Shown: one piece after another, positions 24,044 to 34,358 of the stretch
How the letters are laid out: each line of letters begins with the position of its first letter
Numbering within the stretch: the stretch's first letter is position 1
Source: an uncultured Bacteroidota bacterium
GTDB lineage: Bacteria > Bacteroidota > Bacteroidia > UKL13-3
Length of the DNA: 64,000 nt
Assembly (NCBI GenBank): GCA_903910445.1
Contig: CAIVZR010000014.1
Location: 48,432-112,431, forward strand
Direction of reading: 5' to 3'
Position numbers and translations under genes: made by a program
Notes under the pieces: generated by a model
The model's input: only the letters and a program-made list of their open reading frames with translations
The model's database searches: none
What the model was told of the DNA's origin: nothing

Positions 24044-26185
24044 ATGAAATATATCATTTTAACCCTTTCTGTATTTGCATTGTTCTCATGCAATAACCAA
24101 AATATGACTGCTTGGAAAAACCCAAACCCAACAATTCCGGTAAAATATCCTGAAACAAAAAAAGTTGAATCCACGGAGGATTTCCATGGAACCAAAATCA
24201 CGGAGAATTACCGTTGGTTAGAAAATGATACCGCCGAAGATACCAAAGAGTGGGTAAGTAAAGAAAATATTGTTACTTATAATTACCTTGATCAAATTCC
24301 TTTCAGAAAACAGTTTCATCAAGTGGTTGAAACGAATTTTAATTTCGAGAAATACTCTCAACCTTCAAAGGAAGGCGACTATTATTTCTTTTCAAAGAAT
24401 GATGGATTGCAAAACCAGAGTGTGGTATATATTCAAAACGGACTGACCGGAACTCCTGAGGTATTTATCAACCCCAATGAATTAAGTAAAGAAGGAACCA
24501 CTGCCTTGGCAGGAATGAGTTTTAGTAAGGACCATAAGTATTGCGCATATAACTTAGCTAAGGCAGGTAGCGATTGGAATGAAATTCATGTGATGGAAGT
24601 AGCAACGAAGAAAGAACTGACCGATGAAAAAATTGACTGGGTTAAATTTAGTGGTGCATCATGGTATCAAGATGGTTTTTATTATAGCTGCTATGATAAA
24701 CCTGATGCACATGCGCTAAGCTCACAGAATAATGGTCACAAAATTTATTATCATAAGCTAGCAACTAAACAATCATCCGACAAACTAATTTATTCGGATC
24801 CTGCAAACCCAAAAAGATATCATGGAGTAAGTTTAAGTGAAGATGAACGATTCTTGTTTTTATACATTAGTGATGGCGCCAGTGATGGAAACCGAGTAAT
24901 GTTTAAGGACCTTAGCAAGGGTGATAAAGAATGGAGGTTGCTTTGGGAAGACATGAAATATGAATTTGGCATTATCGATAATGATGGCGAAAATATTTTG
25001 GTGAATACCAATTACAAGGCCGACAACCGTCGTGTTGTGAGTATTGATGCAAATAAACCTGAAGAGGCCAATTGGAAGGTCATTATTCCGGAAGAAAAAG
25101 AGTTGCTAGAAGGAGCATCTACTGGTGGTGGCAAATTATTTGCAACCTATTTGAAAGATGCCTATACCAAAATTTATAGTTTAAATATTGATGGCACTAA
25201 TAAATCGGAAATCGTATTACCCGGAATTGGAACTGCAGGTGGACTAGGGGGTCGTAAGGAAGATCAAACTTTGTTTTATTCATACACCTCTTTCACTTAT
25301 GCTCCAACAATTTTTAAATATGATGTAGCCACTGGCAAATCGGAAGTCTTCAAACAACCTAAAACGAATTTCAAACCGGAAGATTATGAAGTAAAGCAAG
25401 TAAGATATAAGAGCACGGATGGAACAGAAGTACCGATGTTTATTATCTATAAAAAAGGATTGAAGCTTGATGGGAATAACCCATGCTATCAATATGGATA
25501 CGGAGGATTCAATATCAATATAACTCCAGGATTCAGCGTATCACGTTTATTATTTATCAATCAGGGAGGTGTCGTGGCCGTTCCAAATATTCGAGGTGGT
25601 GGTGAATACGGAAAATTATGGCATGAGAACGGAACCAAGGAAAAAAAGCAAAATGTATTTAATGATTTTATCAGCGCATCAGAGTATCTAATAAAAGAAA
25701 AATACACCAGCAATAAGCGCCTTGCCATTGAAGGACGCAGTAATGGAGGATTATTGGTTGGAGCCTGCATGACACAACGCCCCGACCTCTATGCATGTTG
25801 CATTCCAGGAGTAGGGGTTTTAGATATGTTACGCTTTCATCGATTTACTATTGGCTGGGGATGGTGCGGAGATTATGGATGTGCAGATAGCGCAGAGGAT
25901 TTCAAATACTTGGTAAAATATTCACCTGTTCATAATGTAAAAGATATAGCCTATCCGCCAACCATGGTAGTTACTGGCGACCACGACGACCGAGTAGTTC
26001 CCGCTCATAGTTTTAAATTTGGAGCTACCTTACAGCAGCATCAACAAGGCACCAACCCAATTTTGGTTCGTATCGACGTAAATGCAGGACATGGTGCAGG
26101 AAAACCTACAGGAAAAGTTATTGATGAAACAACAGACGTTTGGAGTTTCATTATGTATAATTTAGGCATGCAACCACAATTTTAA
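24044..26185 (+). CDS. Prolyl oligopeptidase (S9A family) lipoprotein
   Basis: Lipoprotein signal MKYIILTLSVFALFSCNN. An N-terminal beta-propeller is followed by a C-terminal catalytic domain with the GRSNGGLL nucleophile elbow and DDRV...H. The ORF-track start at 24020 is TTG, so the ATG at 24044 is used. Confidence 0.85.
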   Translation: MKYIILTLSVFALFSCNNQNMTAWKNPNPTIPVKYPETKKVESTEDFHGTKITENYRWLENDTAEDTKEWVSKENIVTYNYLDQIPFRKQFHQVVETNFNFEKYSQPSKEGDYYFFSKNDGLQNQSVVYIQNGLTGTPEVFINPNELSKEGTTALAGMSFSKDHKYCAYNLAKAGSDWNEIHVMEVATKKELTDEKIDWVKFSGASWYQDGFYYSCYDKPDAHALSSQNNGHKIYYHKLATKQSSDKLIYSDPANPKRYHGVSLSEDERFLFLYISDGASDGNRVMFKDLSKGDKEWRLLWEDMKYEFGIIDNDGENILVNTNYKADNRRVVSIDANKPEEANWKVIIPEEKELLEGASTGGGKLFATYLKDAYTKIYSLNIDGTNKSEIVLPGIGTAGGLGGRKEDQTLFYSYTSFTYAPTIFKYDVATGKSEVFKQPKTNFKPEDYEVKQVRYKSTDGTEVPMFIIYKKGLKLDGNNPCYQYGYGGFNINITPGFSVSRLLFINQGGVVAVPNIRGGGEYGKLWHENGTKEKKQNVFNDFISASEYLIKEKYTSNKRLAIEGRSNGGLLVGACMTQRPDLYACCIPGVGVLDMLRFHRFTIGWGWCGDYGCADSAEDFKYLVKYSPVHNVKDIAYPPTMVVTGDHDDRVVPAHSFKFGATLQQHQQGTNPILVRIDVNAGHGAGKPTGKVIDETTDVWSFIMYNLGMQPQF

Positions 26186-26221
26186 TTAAACCATATTATT
26201 CACCTTTATAAAAACCTTTCT

Positions 26222-27484
26222 GTGCAAGTATTTAAATTTGGAGGAGCATCGGTAAAAGATGCAGGAGCAGTAAGAAACGTAGGCGAAATCGTTAAACGTT
26301 TTCAAGATGAGAAATTACTTATCGTTATCTCTGCGATGGGAAAATCGACCAATGCCTTGGAGCAATTGACAGAGGCTTGTTATAAGCAAACTGGAAATGC
26401 AAAAAAGATATTTGATGAAATAAAATCCTACCACGATCAAATTATAAAGGAATTAATAAAGGACATTCATCCTCATGGCTTCGACGATATAGAAAACACC
26501 TTTATTGAACTCGAGTGTCTTATTAGCGGCATTCCTGAAGGAGAATATGCGTTTCTTTATGATCAGATTGTTTCATTTGGGGAATTACTTTCAACTAAAA
26601 TTGTAAGTATATATCTGAATCAAACAGGAATCCGAAATCGATGGCTTGATGCGAGGAATTTCATTCATACCGACAGTACTTACCGTGAAGGGAAGGTTGA
26701 TTGGACCAAAACAACACAAATTATACAATCAAAGTTAAAACCTTTGGTAGAAAAGCAAATCATCATTACACAAGGATTCATAGGCAACTCACCCAATAAT
26801 AATACTACAACACTTGGTAGAGAAGGAAGTGATTATAGTGCAGCAATTTTCGCCTATGCTCTAGATGCTGAAAGTCAAACAATATGGAAGGATGTAGCTG
26901 GGGTATTAAACGCCGATCCAAAGCGATTTAAGGACACCATCAAGATTGATGAACTAACTTACAACGAAGCGATAGAATTGGCCTACTATGGCGCTACAGT
27001 TATACATCCGAAAACAATTCAGCCACTGCAAAGCAAAAGCATCCCGCTCTATGTGAAATCTTTTGTTGATCCAAGTGCGAGTGGAACTACTGTGAGCAAT
27101 GCTCCCCACGATTTAATTCAGATGCCTGTTTATATAGTTAAAGGTGATCAAACACTGGTATCCATTTCAAGTAAGGATTTCTCTTTTATTGTTGAAGAGA
27201 ATTTGAGTAAAATATTTGAAGTGTTCGCATCTCACGGAATTAAAACCAATATGATGCAGAATTCGGCTATTAGTTTCAGCGCATGCGTTAACACCGAAGA
27301 TGATAATTTAAAAGCATTACAAGAAGCCCTTGCCAATCAATTTAATGTACGAATTAATAAAGGTTGTGAATTATTTACAGCTCGCAATGTTAGAAGTGTG
27401 CAACAAGTTGAGTATGTAAAAGACAAAACAATACTATTAGAACAGCGCACCAGAAGTAGCATTCAACTGGTAATTCAATCCTAA
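26222..27484 (+). CDS. lysC: Aspartate kinase
   Basis: VFKFGGASV... and the family motif TLGREGSDYSAAIFAYAL, followed by ACT-like C-terminal domains. It has a GTG start. Confidence 0.85.
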   Translation: MQVFKFGGASVKDAGAVRNVGEIVKRFQDEKLLIVISAMGKSTNALEQLTEACYKQTGNAKKIFDEIKSYHDQIIKELIKDIHPHGFDDIENTFIELECLISGIPEGEYAFLYDQIVSFGELLSTKIVSIYLNQTGIRNRWLDARNFIHTDSTYREGKVDWTKTTQIIQSKLKPLVEKQIIITQGFIGNSPNNNTTTLGREGSDYSAAIFAYALDAESQTIWKDVAGVLNADPKRFKDTIKIDELTYNEAIELAYYGATVIHPKTIQPLQSKSIPLYVKSFVDPSASGTTVSNAPHDLIQMPVYIVKGDQTLVSISSKDFSFIVEENLSKIFEVFASHGIKTNMMQNSAISFSACVNTEDDNLKALQEALANQFNVRINKGCELFTARNVRSVQQVEYVKDKTILLEQRTRSSIQLVIQS

Positions 27485-27489
27485 TAAAA

Positions 27490-28227
27490 CTATCCTCTTT
27501 CGATCACCTGATATTGATTGTCTTTAAGGATGGTATCAATGAAAGAGATGCCATCTAAATCGCTTTGAATTCCGAGCTTAGCGCATATTGAATCTTTTGT
27601 TTTTTCTGCAAAATAATTTGCATCTTCATAACTCTTGCGATATATCTGACGCCGTACTTGCTTAATTAAAGTAAGATCTCGATCGGTTAAGTTAATAGCT
27701 TCAGGAAATTGCACTACATAATCAGGATTTATCTTAGGTGCGAACACCGCTTCTTGAATATTTGTTTTTGGCTTTAAGCGAATTACGGTGGTCCCCGCAG
27801 CCATATCGGCTAGTCGTTGCCCCTTTCCATTGGCAGCAACTGATATTAATGCTACCACACCAGCGCCACCAAAACTAAATTCGACAGGAGTGATAATCCA
27901 GCGCAGAAAGTAATTTACGAATGCGGGCCGTCCTGCATCCATCATTACTACCCGTATCTGCATTATTTTTTTTCCAAAACTTTGCCCTTCTAAAAACATT
28001 TCACAAATCAAGTGGTATAGAAATACTGGAAGGTAAATTAACAGTTGGATCATAAAACTCAATCCATATTTAAGTGAAGGATTGGAGTTGATTATACGAA
28101 AGCAAATAAAAAAATAGGCGAACATTATCACCCAATCGATAAGAGTAGCAATGGCTCTATCGCCAATACCAGCTACTTCGTATTCAATCTCTACATTATT
28201 TGCTGTAATAACCTTTACAATGGCCAT
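27490..28227 (-). CDS. RDD-family membrane protein
   Basis: The RDD pattern (IGDRAIATLIDWVIM...) with 3 TM helices. Confidence 0.65.
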   Translation of the reverse strand: MAIVKVITANNVEIEYEVAGIGDRAIATLIDWVIMFAYFFICFRIINSNPSLKYGLSFMIQLLIYLPVFLYHLICEMFLEGQSFGKKIMQIRVVMMDAGRPAFVNYFLRWIITPVEFSFGGAGVVALISVAANGKGQRLADMAAGTTVIRLKPKTNIQEAVFAPKINPDYVVQFPEAINLTDRDLTLIKQVRRQIYRKSYEDANYFAEKTKDSICAKLGIQSDLDGISFIDTILKDNQYQVIERG

Positions 28228-28242
28228 AATTTTCCTGTTCGT

Positions 28243-29502
28243 TTATTGTTTTATAAATATTTTTCGATCTGATGATATTCCATCACTATGCACTATAACT
28301 GTATAAGTCCCATTCGAAAGATTAGAGATATTAAATTTTTGAGAAACCTCTCCCCCATTTGTTTTTGAGCGCATGCATAATACCAATTTCCCATCGGTGT
28401 TATAAATACAATAAGAAACCGATGCTGGTTTATTGAGAAGAAAATGAACAGTTAGCTCATTTATACTTGGACTAGGGTAAACGCTCAATTCAAGAATCTG
28501 TTGTTTTTTATAATTAATACCTGCCGATTTCGGATTCATCCATTGACCAATATTAGCAGCATAAAGCTTATTAGTTATGATATTTTTCTCATTGGTGATA
28601 TATACATTACTACTATCCTTGAAACAAATACCTTCTATTTGTCCGGTATTGGTAAAAAATCCGAAATCAATTTTGCGCTTATTTCCACTAAATATTTTAC
28701 TGCCATTAAAATCCCAAAGTAACCACAAATAGCAAAAACCATTCTTGTTATAGCTTGTGAGTGCGATTCGCTTTGATTGAGGATCGAAGCTTGCTCCAGT
28801 AATTAAACAACCAGGATCAAATGAATCGATGGGCTGAATACTATAGGTGCCGGGAATCGTTGAGAGGGTATAATGTTTTGAATGTCCATTGACCCAATCT
28901 TTACTAAACAAATGCAAGGTGTCATTCCAAACAAACATCGATTCACAATCAAAACTATTTGCATTACTTTTAGAAGAAAAATCAGTTTGATCGGAATAAC
29001 TAAAATGGATTTTTTGTGCTGTTATACTATCAACCATCTTCGATGAAAGTTGCGATAAGGCAATTTTGTAAACTATTAAATCTTTTCGATTTCCATTATT
29101 ATTCCCAAAATCTCCGATATAAAGATTATTAGCATCAACAGTCATATCCTCCCAATCATTATTGGATGAGTTACTAATAAATATTGTTTGAAGAATCATT
29201 CCAGTTGTTTTATCAAAATGATAAATAGCATGCGGATTGCCACTATCGCCAAGAGTCCATAGTTCGCCCTTAATATAAACAAGCGCGGAGGTTTCAATGA
29301 TAGTATCTGATAGCTTGTCAATTAGCTTTATTGGGCTATAGGAGGTGCTGTTATAGGTGCAACTGCCATCATTATAAATTGCACTGGGATTGTAGTTGTT
29401 TGCCTGAAAATCAGTACAACCGTTTGTTTGTGCAATTGTTACATTTGCAATCCAGGATATGAAACAGCTTACAAAAAAAAATTTCTTTAGAATCATTTTC
29501 AT
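28243..29502 (-). CDS. T9SS C-terminal-sorting-domain protein with beta-propeller-like (SdiA-regulated/phytase-like) central domain
   Basis: Signal peptide MKMILKKFFFVSCFISWIANVTIAQ. The C-terminal CTD is ...LSVYPSPSINELTVHFLL...GTYTVIVHSDGISSDRKIFIKQ. The start is ambiguous between 29502, 29526 and 29595. Confidence 0.7.
   Translation of the reverse strand: MKMILKKFFFVSCFISWIANVTIAQTNGCTDFQANNYNPSAIYNDGSCTYNSTSYSPIKLIDKLSDTIIETSALVYIKGELWTLGDSGNPHAIYHFDKTTGMILQTIFISNSSNNDWEDMTVDANNLYIGDFGNNNGNRKDLIVYKIALSQLSSKMVDSITAQKIHFSYSDQTDFSSKSNANSFDCESMFVWNDTLHLFSKDWVNGHSKHYTLSTIPGTYSIQPIDSFDPGCLITGASFDPQSKRIALTSYNKNGFCYLWLLWDFNGSKIFSGNKRKIDFGFFTNTGQIEGICFKDSSNVYITNEKNIITNKLYAANIGQWMNPKSAGINYKKQQILELSVYPSPSINELTVHFLLNKPASVSYCIYNTDGKLVLCMRSKTNGGEVSQKFNISNLSNGTYTVIVHSDGISSDRKIFIKQ
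29473..29481. repeat. A9/T9 homopolymer tract at the junction of two divergent, overlapping genes
   Basis: acAAAAAAAAAtttc. It lies inside the signal-peptide codons (KKFFF) of the minus-strand T9SS gene and about 20 nt upstream of the CATG shared-start palindrome. Confidence 0.6.
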
Positions 29503-31234
29503 GCGCAAGATAATATTTTTCTTCATTGGGTTTGCTACAGTGATGCAAGCGCAACAAATAACCCCATTTGAAATTAGTAAAGGTGTGTCAACCACAACAT
29601 TAAGTGAATGCTTGAGCTTTTACGAAAAATTGGCTAGTTCAAACAAGAGATTTGTAAAAATCACGGATGCGAATCTAAGTCCTGAGAATTTGAAGTACCA
29701 TGCTGCAGGTCAAATAAAATTAATTAGCATCACTAATTTCTCAGTGAAAAAAGAAAAAATAAAAATCTTTATCAATAATGGCATCCATCCAGGAGAACCC
29801 GATGGTATAGATGCTTCAATGATGCTTGCTCGTGATTTCCTTCAAAAACCAGCGTTGCGTAAAATGCTTGATGAAATTGAACTATTTATTATTCCTATTT
29901 TCAATACCGGAGGTGCGCAACAAAGAGGTTGCTGTAGCCGGGCCAACCAAGATGGGCCTATTGAATATGGTTTCAGAGGCAATCCTTTAAACCTGGATTT
30001 GAATCGCGATTTCATCAAATGTGATGCTTTAGAAACCATTGTTCTTCAAGATTTTTTCCAACAAACAAAACCACATTTTTTTATTGATACCCATGTTAGC
30101 GATGGTGCCGATTATCAATATACAATGACCCTAATTGCATCACAACATAACAAGTTACAGAATGAAGCACTAGATCAGTTTCAACAAAAAAAGTTACTAC
30201 CTGTATTATATCAAAGTATGAAATCGGCAAATGAGGAAATGTGCCCTTATGTTGATTTTGACAAGGAAGTTCCCGATTCGGGAATCACCTCATTCTTTGA
30301 TAGCCCCAGATATAGCACTGGATATACTTCAATGTTTAACTGTTTTAGTTTTGTATCCGAAACACATATGCTAAAACCATTTAACAAAAGGGTGAATGCA
30401 ACATATACTTTATTAAATGAAATTATAAAATTTGCTTACAATCAAAAACCTGCGATTCTTGAGGTAATGCGTCGTGCAGATAGCTTAACACAAAATCAAA
30501 AATCAATCGCATTGAAATGGGCTTTAGATACCAATCAATTTGAAGATTTGGATTTCCGAGGCTACACTGCTTTTTATGCCACAAGCCCTGTTACCAAACA
30601 ATCACAGCTATATTATAATCAAGGAGCTCCGTATCAAAAAACAATAAAATATTTCAATACATTTAATATCACCAAAAGCATCGATTATCCAAAAGCATAT
30701 GTGATGCCTTATGAGTGGTATGAAAAACTCAATTTACAGAGATACCATTTGAACATCATCATTTCAAAGGATACGAATGTTTTTGTAAAGGCATATACCC
30801 GCGTACAATTCACTGCGCGCAAAAACCCTTACGAAGGAAATATCCCGGCAGTGCTTGAATATTATATAAAAGACTCGTCGCATCAAGATTTAAAAGGAAA
30901 TTGGGTTATCATCCCATTGGAAAACAATATTCGATATCGCCGGTTTCTAACGGAAGCCATTGAACCAGAGAGCCCCGATGGTTTTTTTGCTTGGGGTAAG
31001 ATGTATAGTTTTGTACAACAAAAAGAAGGATTCAGTGATTATGTATGGGATAAACGGGCATGGGAGATTTTAGTAAATGACCACTCCTTGAATGAGAACT
31101 TTGTATTGATGAGAGATCAAGGCAAAAGTAATTTTGCAAAAAACAAGCAGCTGCAGCTTGACTTTATCTACCGTCATAGCAAATATTACGAACCTACTCA
31201 TGTGAGATTTCCCATTTTTAGAATTGATTATTAA
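29501..31234 (+). CDS. M14-family zinc carboxypeptidase, secreted
   Basis: Signal peptide MRKIIFFFIGFATVMQAQ. Zn-binding HPGEPDG (HxxE), plus NLDLNRDF. The ORF-track start at 29459 is also possible. Confidence 0.75.
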   Translation: MRKIIFFFIGFATVMQAQQITPFEISKGVSTTTLSECLSFYEKLASSNKRFVKITDANLSPENLKYHAAGQIKLISITNFSVKKEKIKIFINNGIHPGEPDGIDASMMLARDFLQKPALRKMLDEIELFIIPIFNTGGAQQRGCCSRANQDGPIEYGFRGNPLNLDLNRDFIKCDALETIVLQDFFQQTKPHFFIDTHVSDGADYQYTMTLIASQHNKLQNEALDQFQQKKLLPVLYQSMKSANEEMCPYVDFDKEVPDSGITSFFDSPRYSTGYTSMFNCFSFVSETHMLKPFNKRVNATYTLLNEIIKFAYNQKPAILEVMRRADSLTQNQKSIALKWALDTNQFEDLDFRGYTAFYATSPVTKQSQLYYNQGAPYQKTIKYFNTFNITKSIDYPKAYVMPYEWYEKLNLQRYHLNIIISKDTNVFVKAYTRVQFTARKNPYEGNIPAVLEYYIKDSSHQDLKGNWVIIPLENNIRYRRFLTEAIEPESPDGFFAWGKMYSFVQQKEGFSDYVWDKRAWEILVNDHSLNENFVLMRDQGKSNFAKNKQLQLDFIYRHSKYYEPTHVRFPIFRIDY

Positions 31235-31253
31235 GCGTAATTTCGCGGCCTAC

Positions 31254-32267
31254 ATGTATAAGATTCTACTCCGCCTTCTCTTTTTTTTATCTCCTGAAAA
31301 TGCCCATTATTTTACGATGAATTTCATACGCCTGGTATGTTATATTCCTGGGGTAAAAGTAATTTTAAGAAGCATTTATAAAAATGACAAGCCGGTCGAT
31401 TTCTTGGGAATAAAATTCAAGAACAAAGTAGGCATGGCCGCTGGATTTGATAAGAATGCCAATTATTTGGAAGAACTTGAGACACTTGGATTTGGCTCAA
31501 TCGAAATTGGTACCGTAACGCCAAAAGCCCAGCCAGGGAACGACAAACCTCGCCTATTCAGGCTTGTAAAAGACAAGGCATTAATAAACCGAATGGGGTT
31601 TAATAATGAAGGGATGGATAAGGTGTATGAACGATTGAGAAACAGAAAACCGGGGCTTGTCATCGGTGGTAATATTGGCAAAAACAAAGTCACTCCCAAT
31701 GAAGAAGCGGCCAACGATTATGCTTTATGTTTCGAAAAACTATATGATGTTTGCGATTATTTTGTGATTAATGTAAGTTCTCCTAACACTCCAGGATTAA
31801 GGGCGTTACAAGATAAAGATGAGCTTCAAAAAATCATTACAAGATTACATTCTTTGCGCGAAGATTTTATTCATCAAGGAAAAGACCGCAAACCAGTGTT
31901 ATTGAAAATTGCCCCTGATTTAACAACACAACAATTCGATGAAGTAATTGAAGTGGTTCATTCTACTCATCTAGATGGTATCATTGCCACAAATACAACT
32001 ATCGGCCGAGAGAATCTAATTACGCCAGAATCAACTATTGAGTCAATAGGAGCTGGAGGTTTAAGTGGGGCTCCGTTAACAAAACGATCTACGGAAGTAA
32101 TTCAGTATTTAAGAAGTAAAACTGCGGTTCCAATGATTGCCACTGGTGGTATCATGACACAAGAAGATGCTGAAGAAAAATTAAATGCGGGTGCAAATCT
32201 AGTTCAACTCTATACAGGCTTTGTGTATGGAGGCCCTGCACTCGTTAAGAGCATCGCCAAACTTTAG
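31254..32267 (+). CDS. pyrD: Dihydroorotate dehydrogenase (quinone), class 2
   Basis: N-terminal membrane-association helix MYKILLRLLFFLSPENAHYF. NRMGFNNEG, and TVTPKAQPGN. Confidence 0.85.
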   Translation: MYKILLRLLFFLSPENAHYFTMNFIRLVCYIPGVKVILRSIYKNDKPVDFLGIKFKNKVGMAAGFDKNANYLEELETLGFGSIEIGTVTPKAQPGNDKPRLFRLVKDKALINRMGFNNEGMDKVYERLRNRKPGLVIGGNIGKNKVTPNEEAANDYALCFEKLYDVCDYFVINVSSPNTPGLRALQDKDELQKIITRLHSLREDFIHQGKDRKPVLLKIAPDLTTQQFDEVIEVVHSTHLDGIIATNTTIGRENLITPESTIESIGAGGLSGAPLTKRSTEVIQYLRSKTAVPMIATGGIMTQEDAEEKLNAGANLVQLYTGFVYGGPALVKSIAKL

Positions 32268-32273
32268 ATTCTA

Positions 32274-34220
32274 TTATGCTCTATTTCCGAGCTGTGATAA
32301 GTTTTTCAGGATAATTATTACGTCCTTTAATGAAGTATAGCTCCTTGCATATTCATTATCTGCATTTAATATCTGTTCTGGGCTATTTTCACAGGTGGTT
32401 TTTAAAACACAGGTCTTAAGTTTTGGCATAATCTGATTGGAGGCATCGGCAAATCCAACCCAAGTGCGAGTTCCACTTATAACACTTATGATATTGCGCA
32501 AAAAACCCATTTTCTTATGCATCCAAAGAAATAATAATGGACTCAGAAATAAGATCACCAAGGCTATCACCAAATCGGTAAAACGCTTATTATAGCGTGT
32601 TTCTTGGGTATTAAGTGCATAATTCACCGCTAGCGTAAATACTTCTCCAGCAGCATTTTTTGAATTACTTCCTAAAGCAAAAAACGACTGGCTATTAAAA
32701 AACTTGTATGTATAGTGATGGCGGTTATGATCCATTATCCCTATCACCTCTTTCCAGGATATTTTGTCGGTAGTAAAAACCAGTTCTTCTGTTTCATATA
32801 ATTTTAGAATTTTAGAAAGGTTATTTAAATGACCAAGAAAGCTGGGTGTAAGTTCTTCGTTTTGATTCGTGCCCGCGAAACCGTTCATCGAGAAAGCATC
32901 AGTATTACGATGTAGCAATCGGCTCAACGCTTCCATATCGGCCGCATTTCCGATGGTAATAATTCGATGTGAATTTCGATTATAAATCCCAATCCTGCGA
33001 TTTCTTACCATTTGCATCATCCATCTTGTAAGAAGTAAAACTACAAAATTCAAGAATCCTCCTATGAGTATTATTGCTCGTGAAGCCCGAAGATCCTCGC
33101 TTAGGAAGGCATAAAATACGCTAATTGATAAAGTCCCAAGCAACATTCCATAAAACATAGAAGTCACTTTCGGGAATGGTTTGGAGTAGTTATTGGTAAA
33201 AAACAAGCCCGCCAGCCATAAGAAAATATAAATTGGCAGGTTCACAGAATAGAGGCTATCTGGAAATTTACCAAGGCCATTAAACTTTACCGCTTCATAC
33301 CATGGTATAATCAATAACATTACAACCAGCATTAAAATAGCATCAACTACGGGTCGGGTAAAAAGTTTCAAGAAACGGAATACAAGTGCCAATCCAGCCC
33401 TGATATAAACCGCAGAATTAATTAGTAATGAAAATAAGGCTGCTTTTTGTGATGCAAAATGCTTTTTCGCGAAGATGATCATTGCCTTATAAAAAACGAA
33501 TACATAATTCAGGCTGCCCTTCTTTGTACTCTCTCCTTTATAATGGATGATGGTGGTTCCAGGATAATAATAGTTTTTATATCCAGCTTCAGAAATACGA
33601 AACGACAAATCAATATCCTCTCCATACATAAAAAACTGTTCGTCGAAGGCGCCAATTTTATCAATCACTGATTTTCGCATAAGCATGAATGCACCGCTCA
33701 AAACATCCACCTGATGAATTTCACGATTATCAAGGAAGCCCAAATGGTATTTACCAAATATCCTCGATTTAGGAAAGAGAACACTCAATCCGAAAATTTT
33801 ATAGAAGGCAACTTCGGGAGTTGGCAATCCTCGTTTCGATTCGGGAAGAAATTTCCCAACACCATCAATCATTTTCACGCCCAATCCACCAGCTTCTGGT
33901 TTTAAATCCATGAAATCGATAATTCGGGTATAAGTGTCTTCGGCGACTACGGTATCAGGGTTTTGTAATAAAATATATTGTCCTTCAGCAATATCAATAG
34001 CTTGGTTGTTGGCCACACCAAAGCCAACATTAACGGAGTTTGCAATTATTTTCACCCAAGGAAATTGGTTCCTTACCATTTCCACCGAACCGTCGGTAGA
34101 GTTATTGTCGACAACAAATACCTCTGCTTGAATAGGTTTTATAGCGGCAGCAACCGATTGCAAACAAATTTGCAAGAAGAATTTTACATTGTAATTAACA
34201 ATAATGATGGAAAGTTGCAT
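32274..34220 (-). CDS. Multidomain glycosyltransferase: N-terminal GT2 domain, polytopic membrane region, C-terminal sugar-transferase-like domain
   Basis: QLSIIIVNYNVKFFLQICLQSV...VVDNNSTDGS...DTVVAED is a GT2 signature. About 6 TM helices span residues 270-400. The C-terminus has a hydrophobic helix (LVIALVILFLSPLLFLW). Confidence 0.65.
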   Translation of the reverse strand: MQLSIIIVNYNVKFFLQICLQSVAAAIKPIQAEVFVVDNNSTDGSVEMVRNQFPWVKIIANSVNVGFGVANNQAIDIAEGQYILLQNPDTVVAEDTYTRIIDFMDLKPEAGGLGVKMIDGVGKFLPESKRGLPTPEVAFYKIFGLSVLFPKSRIFGKYHLGFLDNREIHQVDVLSGAFMLMRKSVIDKIGAFDEQFFMYGEDIDLSFRISEAGYKNYYYPGTTIIHYKGESTKKGSLNYVFVFYKAMIIFAKKHFASQKAALFSLLINSAVYIRAGLALVFRFLKLFTRPVVDAILMLVVMLLIIPWYEAVKFNGLGKFPDSLYSVNLPIYIFLWLAGLFFTNNYSKPFPKVTSMFYGMLLGTLSISVFYAFLSEDLRASRAIILIGGFLNFVVLLLTRWMMQMVRNRRIGIYNRNSHRIITIGNAADMEALSRLLHRNTDAFSMNGFAGTNQNEELTPSFLGHLNNLSKILKLYETEELVFTTDKISWKEVIGIMDHNRHHYTYKFFNSQSFFALGSNSKNAAGEVFTLAVNYALNTQETRYNKRFTDLVIALVILFLSPLLFLWMHKKMGFLRNIISVISGTRTWVGFADASNQIMPKLKTCVLKTTCENSPEQILNADNEYARSYTSLKDVIIILKNLSQLGNRA

Positions 34221-34358
34221 GTAACCGAATAACGGATGTGGCTTAAAAAAGTCGTAAAAATAAGGTATTTATTTAATCTATCGAATTCAATCCGTTACGT
34301 GCATCAACGAAAAAGAATTCCATTTTGTATCCATCACAAAAAGAATTTAATTTGCGCC

